Part shown: piece after piece, positions 32,352 through 42,764 of the stretch
How the letters are laid out: each line of letters opens with the position of its first letter
Numbering within the stretch: position 1 is the first letter of the stretch
Assembly (NCBI GenBank): GCA_963422205.2
Contig: CAXMWX010000003.1
Coordinates: 64,001-128,000 of the forward strand
Direction of reading: 5' to 3'
Source of the DNA: Gammaproteobacteria bacterium
GTDB lineage: Bacteria; Pseudomonadota; Gammaproteobacteria; Eutrophobiales; Eutrophobiaceae
Length of the DNA stretch: 64,000 nt
The notes under the pieces: generated by a model
The model's database searches: none
What the model was told of the DNA's origin: nothing
What the model saw: only the letters and a program-made list of their open reading frames with translations
Program-made: the position numbers and the translations under genes

Positions 32352-32948
32352 ATGTCTGTCTACCTTGGCATGGTCATCCTGGCGTATCTGCTCGGCTCGC
32401 TCGCCAGTGCCATCCTGATATGCAAGGGCCTGCGGCTTACGGATCCGCGCATTCAGGGCTCCGGCAATCCCGGCGCCACCAATGCCCTGCGCCTGCATGG
32501 CAGAAAAGTGGCCGCCCTGATCCTGGCCGGCGATATGCTCAAAGGGATGCCCGTCATCCTGCTGCTGCATCATCTACAGGCCGCCGATGTCTATATCGCC
32601 GCGGCCGGGCTGGCGGCGTTTACCGGCCATCTGCTGCCGCTGTATTTTGGTTTCCGTGGTGGCAAAGGCGTGGCGACACTCATCGGCGTCCTGCTGGCTA
32701 CCCACTGGCTGCTGGGGCTGACCTTCATCAGCATCTGGCTGTTGGTTGCCATGATCAGCCGTTACTCGTCACTGGCCGCCATGACGGCGGCGGGGCTGAC
32801 ACCGCTATTCACCTGGTTATTGCTGGCTAATCCGATCTACGTCCTGAGCTTTGCGCTCATGTCAATCGCCTTATTGTGGCGTCATCGATCGAATATCACG
32901 GCATTACTTAACGGCACGGAAAGCAGAATAGGGCAGCACAGCCCCTGA
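32352..32948 (+). CDS. plsY: Glycerol-3-phosphate acyltransferase PlsY
   Basis: GSGNPGATNALR, GGKGVAT, RHRSNI. Confidence 0.97.
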   Translation: MSVYLGMVILAYLLGSLASAILICKGLRLTDPRIQGSGNPGATNALRLHGRKVAALILAGDMLKGMPVILLLHHLQAADVYIAAAGLAAFTGHLLPLYFGFRGGKGVATLIGVLLATHWLLGLTFISIWLLVAMISRYSSLAAMTAAGLTPLFTWLLLANPIYVLSFALMSIALLWRHRSNITALLNGTESRIGQHSP

Positions 32949-32951
32949 GCA

Positions 32952-34016
32952 TCAGTGCGCCCTGGCAGCAATCGGCCAGCGCGGATAGGCTGCAAACCCC
33001 AGGGGAGAATGCCGATCAGAATTCGGGGGAGATGTGATGGCCGCCGGCGGCTGCAATTTCACATAACCGGCATAGGCGATCATGGCACCGTTATCCACGC
33101 AGTAATCCGGCCGGGGATAAAACACCTTACCACCCCGTGCCTCCAAAAGGCGGCGCAGGCGCTCCCGCAACTGCTTATTGGCACTGACGCCACCGGCGGC
33201 CACCAGCTGCCTTGCACCGCTGACCGCCAGCGCCCGTTCACATTTAATCGCCAGCGTATCCACCACGGCCTCAACAAAGGCACAGGCCAAGTCGGCTCTC
33301 GCCTGTCTATTGTGTTCTTTGGAGGCTTGCTCACCGGCGGGCAACCCGGCGATGGCCGAGGCGGCGGCGGTCTTCAAGCCACTGAAACTGAAATCCAGCC
33401 CGGGCCTGTCCGTCATGGGCCGGGGGAAGGTATACACCCCCGGCCGGCCCTCATCCGCCAATGCCGATAGTGCCGGCCCGCCCGGGTAGCCGAGGCCCAT
33501 TAAGCGGGCCGTCTTGTCAAAGGCCTCGCCAGCGGCATCGTCCAGGGATTCGCCCATGAGCTGATAATCGCCAATCGCATTCACCAACACGAGCTGAGTG
33601 TGGCCGCCGGAGACCAGCAGGGCGAGAAATGGCAATGTCGGTGTATCCTCTTCCAGCATCGCCGCCAGCAGGTGTGCCTCCATGTGATTCACCGCCACCG
33701 CCGGCACGCCAAGCGCATAGGCCAGGCTGCGGCCAACGCTGGCGCCCACCAGCAATGCCCCGATCAGGCCCGGCCCGGCGGTATAGGCCACGGCATCAAT
33801 GGCGGACTTGTGCAAACCGGCCTGCTTCAGACAGGCATCGATCAGCGGGCTGATGCGGCGGATATGATCCCGGCAGGCCAACTCCGGCACCACCCCGCCA
33901 TAGTCGGTGTGCAGCGTGACCTGGCTGTGCAGTTGCTGTGCCAGAATACCCTCACCTGCCGCATAAATGGCAATCCCGGTCTCATCACAGGAAGTCTCTA
34001 TACCTAATATCCGCAT
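32952..34016 (-). CDS. tsaD: tRNA t6A biosynthesis protein TsaD
   Basis: [37 protein letters not shown]. Confidence 0.98.
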   Translation of the reverse strand: MRILGIETSCDETGIAIYAAGEGILAQQLHSQVTLHTDYGGVVPELACRDHIRRISPLIDACLKQAGLHKSAIDAVAYTAGPGLIGALLVGASVGRSLAYALGVPAVAVNHMEAHLLAAMLEEDTPTLPFLALLVSGGHTQLVLVNAIGDYQLMGESLDDAAGEAFDKTARLMGLGYPGGPALSALADEGRPGVYTFPRPMTDRPGLDFSFSGLKTAAASAIAGLPAGEQASKEHNRQARADLACAFVEAVVDTLAIKCERALAVSGARQLVAAGGVSANKQLRERLRRLLEARGGKVFYPRPDYCVDNGAMIAYAGYVKLQPPAAITSPPNSDRHSPLGFAAYPRWPIAARAH

Positions 34017-34205
34017 TGTTCGTGCCTGGTTGATAAAATACCGCTAATTTAAGGTTGAATTTACTGCGATTCTGACTAGAATCCTCAGCTTCATTAATTT
34101 CAGGTTACGCTCTGTTAATTTCGGGATCATGCTTGCAGGCCATACCTGAATCAAACAGCCACTTGGTAGCCAAAGCCATTCATTCTGAGGATTAAGAATT
34201 ATTCC

Positions 34206-34421
34206 ATGCCATCTGTCAAAGTAAAAGAAAATGAGCCGTTTGACTTCGCTCTGCGCCGCTTTAAGCGTGCCTGTGAGAAAGCTGGCACACTGGCCGAGGT
34301 GCATCGCCGTGAGTCCTACGAAAAACCCACCCAGATAAGAAAGCGCAAGGCGGCGGCGGCGGTTAAACGCCATCAGAAACGCATGATGAAAAATAACCTC
34401 AGACAAACCCGGCTGTATTAA
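34206..34421 (+). CDS. rpsU: 30S ribosomal protein S21
   Basis: [14 protein letters not shown]...YEKPT. Confidence 0.98.
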   Translation: MPSVKVKENEPFDFALRRFKRACEKAGTLAEVHRRESYEKPTQIRKRKAAAAVKRHQKRMMKNNLRQTRLY

Positions 34422-34472
34422 TCCTGCCCGGCATCTCTCAAGCCGTATCATCGTATTACTGACCGCCGCCCT

Positions 34473-34934
34473 ATGGCTGATCTCAAGACCCGGATCACTG
34501 ATGATGTCAAGCTCGCCATGCGCCATAAAGACCGGCCCCGGTTGGCGGCGTTACGTCTTATAACGGCTGCCATCAAACAGGTTGAAGTTGATGAACGCAT
34601 TGACATCGACGATGCCAACGTCCTTGGCATCCTTGACAAGATGGTCAAACAGCGGCGCGATTCTATTGCACATTATGAGGCCGCCGGGCGCCAGGACTTG
34701 ATCCATCAGGAGCAATTTGAACTGGATCTGATCCAGTCCTATCTGCCGCCGCCTCTGACAGAGGATGAGATTGCCGAGTTGATCGATAGTGCGATTACCG
34801 ATACCGGGGCTGGCGCCGTCAAAGACATGGGCAAAGTCATGGCACAGCTCAAACCCGCCCTCAAGGGCCGGGCCGATTTGGGCAAGGTAAGCGGCCTGGT
34901 GAAGGCGAAATTAGGAAATGATAACGGAAGCTAA
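34473..34934 (+). CDS. yqeY: GatB/YqeY domain protein
   Basis: AAIKQVEVD...KQRRDS...DMGKVM. Confidence 0.93.
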   Translation: MADLKTRITDDVKLAMRHKDRPRLAALRLITAAIKQVEVDERIDIDDANVLGILDKMVKQRRDSIAHYEAAGRQDLIHQEQFELDLIQSYLPPPLTEDEIAELIDSAITDTGAGAVKDMGKVMAQLKPALKGRADLGKVSGLVKAKLGNDNGS

Positions 34935-35602
34935 CCCTCGTTTTCTTTGAGTAACTGCCTCACGACTCCTCGGATTTCCCGAATTCTCATCCGTTCGGTT
35001 AAGGAGAGAATGTACGTTTGCTGGCTGGACTGCTTGTCGTATTGACACAACTTCATCGTAGTCAATCTCAGCAGATCGCAGAATGCCCGGCCTGTCATCG
35101 CCTCCTGCGCGGTTATTTTGCCCTTGAAACCAGTGACTATAGCCTTGCGGTCATCCTGATTGAAACAGCAGAAATGGGCGGATAGGCGGTACGGCAACTG
35201 GTAGGCACTTCGCTCAATGAATGAGTGAATGGAATGTCGTCCCGCCATCGCCTTTTTGGTATCAAACTGGTGGCCATCTTTCAACTCCACTACATAACAG
35301 CCCTCGCGTCGCTTGAATATCAGGAAATCCGGCTCCGAACCGGGGAAGTCAATCGTCTCGCATTGTTTGATTTGCCGCTTGTTGGCTACCCATACTCCAT
35401 CAGGCATAATCTCTACTTGTAAAAATTCATCCAGATCATCAATTCGTTGAACACGATCCAGTATCATGCGCTCCAATTCTGTGCCAGATGATATGACGGC
35501 AGATTGGATGCGGCTTATCAGCTTGCCCAATGCAGGAATGCCGAACAGCCTGTCATAGCCACCAGAAGTCTCCTTCGGTTCAGCGTCCTGTCTCTGTGGC
35601 AT
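34931..35602 (-). CDS. Putative type II restriction endonuclease (PD-(D/E)XK), possibly damaged
   Basis: PDFLIF...VVELKDG; abuts the MTase gene; C-terminal segment looks frame-scrambled. Confidence 0.6.
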   Translation of the reverse strand: MPQRQDAEPKETSGGYDRLFGIPALGKLISRIQSAVISSGTELERMILDRVQRIDDLDEFLQVEIMPDGVWVANKRQIKQCETIDFPGSEPDFLIFKRREGCYVVELKDGHQFDTKKAMAGRHSIHSFIERSAYQLPYRLSAHFCCFNQDDRKAIVTGFKGKITAQEAMTGRAFCDLLRLTTMKLCQYDKQSSQQTYILSLTERMRIREIRGVVRQLLKENEG

Positions 35603-36361
35603 TTATCCGTTCAGATCACAGCCAAGAAAATGACGCCCGTGCAATTTGGCCGCCTCCATCACCGTAAAGTCACCAGCGGCCGGATCAACGATCACATCCC
35701 CCTCATGGCTGACCGCAGCGATCAATTCTCCTTGCAGGTCTATGGGTTTTTTATGCGGGTGGCCGTTTGCATTTTTCACCTTCTCACGCCAGGTATCGGG
35801 TATGTTATGGTTTTTCCAAACGCCTTTGGCCTTGCGCGGCTTGCGTTGCAACACGATGCAGTATTCGGTCGTCCGGCGGCTTCGATAGCCCATGCCGATT
35901 TTTCCCTTGTCCCAATTCACGAGATCAACGACATCAAGATCGGTGCCAGCCAGCCATTCACGGAAGCCGTTGCATAAGTGGAACTTGTCGACCCATAAAA
36001 ACACATGGCCGGACGGTATCAGTATCCGATCAATGCGTTTGACAAAATCCGCTATTACCTGCCCGCTCATCTGCTGCAATGCCGCACGGCGCATCCCGCG
36101 CTTTTTGCCTTCATTGCCGTAGCTCATCTTGTCCAGTAACCCGCGATACTGCGGATCAAAGAACACCACCGGAATGGTGGCGGCCGGCAGCTTCTCTAAC
36201 AGCCTCATCCCGTCCATTTGCAGACGGGTATTCAACGCCACCCCCGCCGGCAGAGCAATCGCTGGCGGCCGTATGGTGCGGACGCTGGAGAAAACACTGG
36301 CCGTTGACGCATTCGGAGTTGGCGATAGGGGATCCGTTTTTTCTCTAGCCGATCTGACCAT
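35603..36361 (-). CDS. Amino (N6/N4) DNA methyltransferase, beta class, atypical DPQY motif
   Basis: Motif IV FFDPQY, HPHKKP, motif I VDPAAGDF, FLGCD. Confidence 0.85.
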   Translation of the reverse strand: MVRSAREKTDPLSPTPNASTASVFSSVRTIRPPAIALPAGVALNTRLQMDGMRLLEKLPAATIPVVFFDPQYRGLLDKMSYGNEGKKRGMRRAALQQMSGQVIADFVKRIDRILIPSGHVFLWVDKFHLCNGFREWLAGTDLDVVDLVNWDKGKIGMGYRSRRTTEYCIVLQRKPRKAKGVWKNHNIPDTWREKVKNANGHPHKKPIDLQGELIAAVSHEGDVIVDPAAGDFTVMEAAKLHGRHFLGCDLNG

Positions 36362-36554
36362 GGTATTACATGATTAATTGATTGCAGTCAGTAGTAGATC
36401 ATACATGATAAAAGCCATCAAAAGTTATTTGACTTCAACAAGTTAATCATTTCATGGTTAGCAAGCACAGTAACGGCTGCAACTCCCCGGCATCTTAAAA
36501 TAAAGACCAGCAGGTTTCACTGTGTCATAATGCGGCCTTTATACTTGCCCTGCA

Positions 36555-38309
36555 ATGGCCGGACATATCCCCAGAGATTTCATTGAAGACCTGCTCGCCC
36601 GCATCGACATCGTTGATGTGATAGATGACTGCGTGCCCCTACGCAAGGCCGGCAAAAATCATCAGGCCTGCTGCCCGTTCCATGAGGAGAAAACCCCCTC
36701 ATTCACCGTCAGCCAGGATAAGCAGTTCTATCATTGCTTCGGTTGCCATGCCAACGGCACAGTGATCAGCTTCCTGATGGAGTACCGCAACATGCGCTTT
36801 CCCGAAGCTGTGGCAGAGCTGGCCAGTCGCTGCGGCTTATCGGTTCCGCAGGCAGCAGGATACACCCCGGCGATCAACGCCCATGCCGAGTTGCACGAGC
36901 TGCTGGAGTTGATTATTCAGCACTACAAGCGGCAGTTACGCGAACACGGCAAACAGGCGGTGGATTACTTAAAACAGCGCGGCATCAGCGGGGAGATTGC
37001 CGCCGCCTATGAACTGGGCTATGCACCGCCCGGCTGGGACAAGCTGCTACAGCAATTTGCCCCCTCGAAGGCAGCTGCACAACGGCTGGCACAAGCCGGC
37101 ATGATTATCGCCCGTGATGATGGCAGCTATTACGATCGATTTCGTGACCGTATCATGTATCCGATTCGCGATCAGCGTGGCCGGGCTATCGGTTTCGGTG
37201 GCCGCATCATGGGAGAGGCAACCCCTAAATACATCAACTCCCCGGAAACGCCCGTATTTCACAAAGGCAAGGAATTATACGGCCTCCATCAGGCGCGGCA
37301 GAAAGATAAACATCTGCGCTGCCTTTATATCGTTGAGGGGTATATGGATGTGATCGCACTGGCGCAGTACGGCATCCACAACGCCGTTGCCACCCTGGGC
37401 ACGGCAGTCAGCAGCGATCATATTGCGCGCCTGTTCCGCAATACCGGCCAGATTATCTTTTGTTTTGATGGCGATGAGGCCGGCAGACAGGCCGCCTGGC
37501 GTGCCATGGAGACCACCCTGGCGCACCTGCGTGATGGCCGAGAGGCACGCTTTAAGTTCATGCCGCCGGGCGATGATCCGGATTCTTACGTGCGAACCTA
37601 CGGCGCCGAGACCTTCCTGAACCCGGCAGATGCTGTGCCGTTATCCGATTTCCTGCTGGATGGCTTGACATCCAGCACGGATCCGGGTTCGCGTGAAGGC
37701 CGTGCCAGGCTGTTGCATGAGCTGCTGCCGTTTATCAACAAGCTGCCCCGCAGCGGCCTTAAAGACATGCTGATCCAGGATGTCGCCACCTTATGCAGGC
37801 TGCAACGGCAACACATTGAAGACCGGCTGGCCGGGCTGCCCGTTGATAAACCGCAGCACACCACCCGCACGGCCAAAACCAGAGCACCTGCCGGGGATGG
37901 CCGCGGCCTGCTGGGTAATATCGTGTGTTATATTTTGATCAAGCCTGAATTGGCCAAATACGTGGATGAGGTTGAGGCATTGCGCGCTGTCCCGGTGGCC
38001 GGGGTCAATTTCCTCATTGAACTGCTTGAACTTGTGCATCAGCGCCCCGATATACCTTGCGCGGCCATTATTGAACACTGGCGGGGGACGCCTTATGAGG
38101 CACGCCTGCACCAGCTGATCAGTAGCTCTGACATACTGGATGAGGATGGCTTTGATCTGGAGCGCCAGTTCCTGGATGCCATGGACAGGCTGAGAGAAAA
38201 ACAACGCCAACAGGAGCTGGCGATATGCGCTGAGAAGAACCCCAGCGAGATGTCAGAGGCAGATAAGGACGCCTTGAGGAAGCGGATTTCTGCGCTAAAA
38301 TTAAGCTGA
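36555..38309 (+). CDS. dnaG: DNA primase
   Basis: CPFHEEKTPSF...CFGC, KYINSPET, EGYMD, FDGD, DPD. Confidence 0.98.
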   Translation: MAGHIPRDFIEDLLARIDIVDVIDDCVPLRKAGKNHQACCPFHEEKTPSFTVSQDKQFYHCFGCHANGTVISFLMEYRNMRFPEAVAELASRCGLSVPQAAGYTPAINAHAELHELLELIIQHYKRQLREHGKQAVDYLKQRGISGEIAAAYELGYAPPGWDKLLQQFAPSKAAAQRLAQAGMIIARDDGSYYDRFRDRIMYPIRDQRGRAIGFGGRIMGEATPKYINSPETPVFHKGKELYGLHQARQKDKHLRCLYIVEGYMDVIALAQYGIHNAVATLGTAVSSDHIARLFRNTGQIIFCFDGDEAGRQAAWRAMETTLAHLRDGREARFKFMPPGDDPDSYVRTYGAETFLNPADAVPLSDFLLDGLTSSTDPGSREGRARLLHELLPFINKLPRSGLKDMLIQDVATLCRLQRQHIEDRLAGLPVDKPQHTTRTAKTRAPAGDGRGLLGNIVCYILIKPELAKYVDEVEALRAVPVAGVNFLIELLELVHQRPDIPCAAIIEHWRGTPYEARLHQLISSSDILDEDGFDLERQFLDAMDRLREKQRQQELAICAEKNPSEMSEADKDALRKRISALKLS

Positions 38310-38434
38310 AACCAGTCTGCCTAGCCCTTGGGGCAGTTGTATGCTATGCTTTAAGATTATTTTTTTGTCTGCCGTTTATCCGGCGATATGTTTATCCGAC
38401 AACGCACCTGATAACACCAAGAGATTAAAACAAC

Positions 38435-40297
38435 ATGTCAGAAATTGAAGAATACGCCAGCCCGCCACAAGCCATCAGCGAGGATGATGACGAACAATCA
38501 CAACTGAAACTGCTCATCGCCAAAGGCAAGGAGCAGGGCTTTTTGACCTACCATGAAGTGAACGAACACCTGCCCGATGAGATAGTCGACCCGGAGCAGA
38601 TCGAAGAGATCATCAATATGATTACGGATATGGGCATTGAAGTGCATGAGTCGCCGCCGAATCTGGATTTGCTGATGTCTGCCAACACTACCGGCAGCAC
38701 AGATGATGCGGCCTCGGCGCTGGTGGCGGTGGAGAACGAATTTGGACGCACCACCGATCCTGTGCGTATGTACATGCGTGAGATGGGCACGGTCGATCTG
38801 CTGACCCGGGAAGGCGAGATCAAGATTGCCAAGCGCATAGAGGACGGGATTAACCAGGTGTTGTCAGCGCTGTCGTTATACCCGAACACGATTGACATGC
38901 TGATTGACGCCCACGGGCTGGTCGAGAAAGAGATCATGAAGCTGGCCGACATCATCGTTGGCTTTAACGATCAGGAAGAATACCCGGATGAGGGCTTGCC
39001 ACCGCCGGTCACCGAGGCGGCCAAGCGTGATACGAACACCAGCAAAGAGACCGACTCCGGCAGTGATGATGCGCCCGATTCCGCCATTGATACGGAAGAG
39101 ATACGGCGCACCATCAGGACGATTGACGGGATTCACAAAAAACATATCAAGGCGTTACAGCGCTATGGCCGCACGCACAAAAAGACCATCGCCCTGCAAG
39201 AGCAACTGACGGCAAAATTCATGGAGTTAAAACTTGCACCACGTTTTATTGATGATCTCACCAACAATGTCAGGGTGTTGATCGAGCTTATCCGTTCCAC
39301 CGAGCGTGAGGTGATGAAACTCTGTGTCCGTGTTGCCAAGATGCCGCGCAAGGATTTCATCGACTCTTTTCCCGGCAGTGAAATACAGCTTGACTGGATC
39401 AAACAGCATGTAAACAGCAACAGCCCCTATTCCTATGCCCTGGCGGGGATGCAGGAGGATATCATCAGGCTACAGCAAAGGCTGGCGGTTGCCCTGGAAG
39501 ATAATTTGTTGAGCATTGTGGAATTAAAAGAGATCAACCGCAAAGTCTCGCTCGGCGAAGCCAAGGCTAGACGGGCGAAAAAAGAAATGGTTGAGGCCAA
39601 TCTGCGGCTGGTGATCTCCATTGCCAAAAAATATACCAATCGTGGCCTGTTGTTTTTGGATCTTATCCAGGAAGGCAACATTGGCTTGATGAAGGCGGTG
39701 GATAAATTCGAATATCGCCGCGGTTACAAATTCTCAACGTATGCGACCTGGTGGATACGTCAGGCCATCACCCGCTCTATCGCCGATCAGGCCAGAACGA
39801 TTCGCATTCCAGTGCACATGATTGAGACCATTAACAAGCTCAACCGCATCTCGCGCCAGATACTGCAAGAGAAGGGGCGCGAGCCGACACCGGAAGAGCT
39901 GGCAGAAAAAATGGATATGCCGGAAGAGAAAGTCCGCAAGGTGTTGAAGATCGCCAAAGAGCCTATCTCCATGGAAACCCCGATAGGCGATGACGATGAC
40001 TCGCACCTGGGCGATTTTATCGAGGACTTGAATACCCTGGCACCATCGGACTCGGCCAGCTTTGAGGGTCTGCGGCGTGCAACCTGTGACTCCCTCGGCG
40101 GCTTAACCCACAGAGAGGCCAAGGTGCTGCGTATGCGTTTCGGTATTGATATGAACACCGATCACACGCTGGAGGAAGTCGGCAAGCAGTTTGATGTCAC
40201 CCGTGAACGTATCCGGCAGATTGAGGCCAAGGCGCTGCGGAAGTTACGTCACCCAAGCCGGTCGGAGCAATTACGCACATTTCTGGATCAGGGATGA
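38435..40297 (+). CDS. rpoD: RNA polymerase sigma-70 factor RpoD
   Basis: [42 protein letters not shown]. Confidence 0.99.
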   Translation: MSEIEEYASPPQAISEDDDEQSQLKLLIAKGKEQGFLTYHEVNEHLPDEIVDPEQIEEIINMITDMGIEVHESPPNLDLLMSANTTGSTDDAASALVAVENEFGRTTDPVRMYMREMGTVDLLTREGEIKIAKRIEDGINQVLSALSLYPNTIDMLIDAHGLVEKEIMKLADIIVGFNDQEEYPDEGLPPPVTEAAKRDTNTSKETDSGSDDAPDSAIDTEEIRRTIRTIDGIHKKHIKALQRYGRTHKKTIALQEQLTAKFMELKLAPRFIDDLTNNVRVLIELIRSTEREVMKLCVRVAKMPRKDFIDSFPGSEIQLDWIKQHVNSNSPYSYALAGMQEDIIRLQQRLAVALEDNLLSIVELKEINRKVSLGEAKARRAKKEMVEANLRLVISIAKKYTNRGLLFLDLIQEGNIGLMKAVDKFEYRRGYKFSTYATWWIRQAITRSIADQARTIRIPVHMIETINKLNRISRQILQEKGREPTPEELAEKMDMPEEKVRKVLKIAKEPISMETPIGDDDDSHLGDFIEDLNTLAPSDSASFEGLRRATCDSLGGLTHREAKVLRMRFGIDMNTDHTLEEVGKQFDVTRERIRQIEAKALRKLRHPSRSEQLRTFLDQG

Positions 40298-40478
40298 GTG
40301 TTTTCAGGCCAGAGAGCGCTCAAGGAGGGCAGCGCTCACACGTTAAGGTGACAGGAACTGATCTATCGCATGGCGTCCTGTAACTCGCTGTCCGCTTGCG
40401 TTATAATAACCATCGTCATTGCAGACATGCACAGTGTGAACACATCTGATCAAGCATGTCTGACAAGTTTTCTATAGA

Positions 40479-40792
40479 GGGCCTGTAGCTCAGTTGGTTA
40501 GAGCAGTGGACTCATCAAAACGGTGCGTTCATATCGAAAGATATGAAATGAACGGGATGAATTCAGGGAAACCTTAACGGTTACGCTGATGGCAACCCTG
40601 AGCCAAGCCGGGGGTACACCGCCGGAAGGTGCAGAGACTACCTGAGAACTTCAGTGTTCTTAATAACAGGCAAGAGCGTCCCGCACCCTGCCGTTATCGG
40701 TATTAGGGGTGATGAGATAGTCCGCTCCTGTTGGAAATAACAGGAAAGAGTGAATCCATTGGTCGTAGGTTCAAGTCCTACCGGGCCCACCA
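40479..40792 (+). tRNA. tRNA-Ile2 (anticodon CAT, lysidine type) interrupted by an intron; exons 40479-40515 and 40753-40792
   Basis: Joined exons form a 77-nt cloverleaf GGGCCTG TA GCTC AGTTGGTTA GAGC A GTGGA CTCAT/AA TCCAT TGGTC GTAGG TTCAAGT CCTAC CGGGCCC A CCA. Paired 1-72 argues against initiator; sequence and position after rpoD fit Ile2. Confidence 0.93.
40516..40752 (+). ncRNA. Group I self-splicing intron (237 nt, no ORF)
   Basis: 5' splice after U with U.G pair in P1 (CAUC/GGUG); P AATTCAGGGAAA, Q AACCCTGAGCC, R GCAGAGACTA, S GAGATAGTCC; P7 GACTA 40636-40640 / TAGTC 40718-40722; terminal G 40752. Confidence 0.93.
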
Positions 40793-40873
40793 TTTCATGC
40801 CGTTCAGCCGTACCTGGAACAGCGGCTTATCCTTGCCTGTCTACCCATGGCAGGTCGAATGGTTAATCTGCCC

Positions 40874-41350
40874 TCATGTGCCGGAGGGTTGTATCCTGCT
40901 TATTTTGTATCGGCGGCGGTTCTGTATTCCTCGGATAATATGCGCCGTCAGCAAGAAGGGAATGAGGAAGCCGACAGCTGCATGCAAGTAAGCAATGATC
41001 GTTCTGATATTCTCAGCTGCAAGGTAGTAAAGCGCATAAGCCGTTATGATTTGAAATGCAAACGCACTGCATAGCGTCATGCCCAGATAGCGCCATTTGG
41101 CCAGCGCCAAACCAGAGGCGATATGACTGAATAACAGGCCGCCATAAATTATCATCATCAGAAAAGCAGCAGCACCATGTAGCATCAATGCAGGTTGTTG
41201 CCAGGGATGTTTTTCAGGGCCGAATTCGCCTTCCACGATGAACCATGTATTTAAGATAAAAAACACGACCCCGCTAACCCAGCTTGTTGTTAATGTGGCA
41301 AACAGAAACAGCCTGAAACTCAGCGGTATTCTAAGCGTTATGAACGACAT
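40874..41350 (-). CDS. Small membrane protein with intramembrane His residues (cytochrome b-like)
   Basis: Four hydrophobic helices with LHGAAA, FSHI, LHAAVG, TAHI; last gene of the apbE cluster. Confidence 0.6.
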   Translation of the reverse strand: MSFITLRIPLSFRLFLFATLTTSWVSGVVFFILNTWFIVEGEFGPEKHPWQQPALMLHGAAAFLMMIIYGGLLFSHIASGLALAKWRYLGMTLCSAFAFQIITAYALYYLAAENIRTIIAYLHAAVGFLIPFLLTAHIIRGIQNRRRYKISRIQPSGT

Positions 41351-41364
41351 GATTGCAGCACATT

Positions 41365-42198
41365 TTAAGACAGTCTGCCTGTCTCATCTATCACGACCAG
41401 TGTGGCGTTGATCGAATCAAACAGCACATGATACCCACGCAGTAGATAAGCGACTTTTGTCAAGCCATCTGCCAGCATGCAACTGTCGGCAAAGACGGAA
41501 AAACTGCTGTTTTCCATTACGGGAAGGCCGGATGCCGGTGTAATGATGACACTGCTGCCATCCAGATAGTAAGCGGCGCTGGTGGCAAGCGCATCTGCCT
41601 GCATCTGTAGTGCTACCAGTGTTTTTTTATCTTCGCCGGGAGACTTGATGAAGACCTCTTTGCCTTGCCAGTGATTCATACGAAGATCGCCACCCGCATT
41701 GACTGTGACATCCACATCATCATCAAATAATGAGATGGCCTGATCGACGGCATATCCCTTGGCAATGCCCCCCAGATCGATAAGCATGTTTTTTTCAAAG
41801 CTAACCTCCCCGGCCTGCAATGTTATGTCTTGCCAGCAGGCAGACGGCTCAACGTTATTTTTAATACAAGGCAGATGCCCTCGTTTGACCAATTCCGGTG
41901 CGATGCTGATATCAAAAATACCATCGGTTAATGCGCTTATTTCCAGCGCCTGCCTCAGCACGGCCTCCATATCCCCGGAAATTTTGCATGGATTAAGATG
42001 GGCATTTAAGTTGATATGTGTGAGCTCGCTGTCAGCATCATGAAAGCTCATCAGTTTTTCAATTCTCTGTATTGCTGCATAAGCCTTGTTGCTCATCTCA
42101 ATAAGCACATCATCCGTCACATCAGCCGTGATATTCACTTCAACATAAGTGCCAAGCAACGGCTTACAGCGGGAAAGGGAATTCATCAACACGGCCAC
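41365..42198 (-). CDS. apbE: FAD:protein FMN transferase (ApbE family)
   Basis: LLGT, DSEL, G.FDI, DLGGIAKGYAVD, NAGGD, ATS, ADGLTK. Confidence 0.92.
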   Translation of the reverse strand: MAVLMNSLSRCKPLLGTYVEVNITADVTDDVLIEMSNKAYAAIQRIEKLMSFHDADSELTHINLNAHLNPCKISGDMEAVLRQALEISALTDGIFDISIAPELVKRGHLPCIKNNVEPSACWQDITLQAGEVSFEKNMLIDLGGIAKGYAVDQAISLFDDDVDVTVNAGGDLRMNHWQGKEVFIKSPGEDKKTLVALQMQADALATSAAYYLDGSSVIITPASGLPVMENSSFSVFADSCMLADGLTKVAYLLRGYHVLFDSINATLVVIDETGRLS

Positions 42199-42207
42199 GA
42201 AGTGAAT

Positions 42208-42756
42208 TTACAGGCGGCTCAATACCTGCTGCCATGTATGTGTGAGGCGATTGACCGCATCGGTGATATGCCGGCAAGACAAAGTGGCACCTGAGATATT
42301 TTTTATCTGCTTGTCAAGTTTTAATATCTCCGTGTGATCCCTGCCATGGAACTGGGCACGCCATTTATCATTTCTGATCTCATGCCCGTAGGTTTCACGA
42401 TAGACCAGCACCTCAAGCCCTTTGACTTTTCCATCGGCCGTCAATGCAAAGGCGACATCAATATTCTCATGCTTGCCTATGACTGAATCAACGATAAACC
42501 AGCCCTGCTGACCGACCTTCCAGGTCTTCAAAACACGGCTTCTGACCCTGGTCTTCGATGTCTTGTGAATCGACTTCATTTGCGCTTTTGAAAGCTCGAC
42601 CGTGACAGGCTGCATGGCGGCATCACCCCAGAGTATTTTCTTTGCCTGTGCAACCGTGAGATAGGTTTTGGCCTGAAGTGTTAATGGTTTGAACAGCAAG
42701 CCCAATAAGGCCGCCGATAATGAGGTTGTCAATGTGCGTCTTTTCACAAAGAGCAA
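42208..42756 (-). CDS. Exported FMN-binding (flavinylation target) protein
   Basis: Signal peptide, YRETYG..I....W..QF, flavinylation motif ISGATLS. Confidence 0.85.
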   Translation of the reverse strand: MLFVKRRTLTTSLSAALLGLLFKPLTLQAKTYLTVAQAKKILWGDAAMQPVTVELSKAQMKSIHKTSKTRVRSRVLKTWKVGQQGWFIVDSVIGKHENIDVAFALTADGKVKGLEVLVYRETYGHEIRNDKWRAQFHGRDHTEILKLDKQIKNISGATLSCRHITDAVNRLTHTWQQVLSRL

Positions 42757-42764
42757 GAGGCTGA

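Noticed and set aside
40479-40792. Reading the split tRNA as attL/attR halves of an integrated element, or as tRNA-Met
   Set aside because: The two halves share no duplicated sequence, and the insert has complete group I core elements. The paired 1-72 position and overall sequence fit Ile2 better than fMet, although elongator Met is not formally excluded
40731-40991. 86-aa ORF overlapping the intron end and tRNA 3' exon as a possible homing endonuclease
   Set aside because: No LAGLIDADG, GIY-YIG or HNH motif; it runs through the tRNA exon and antisense to the next gene
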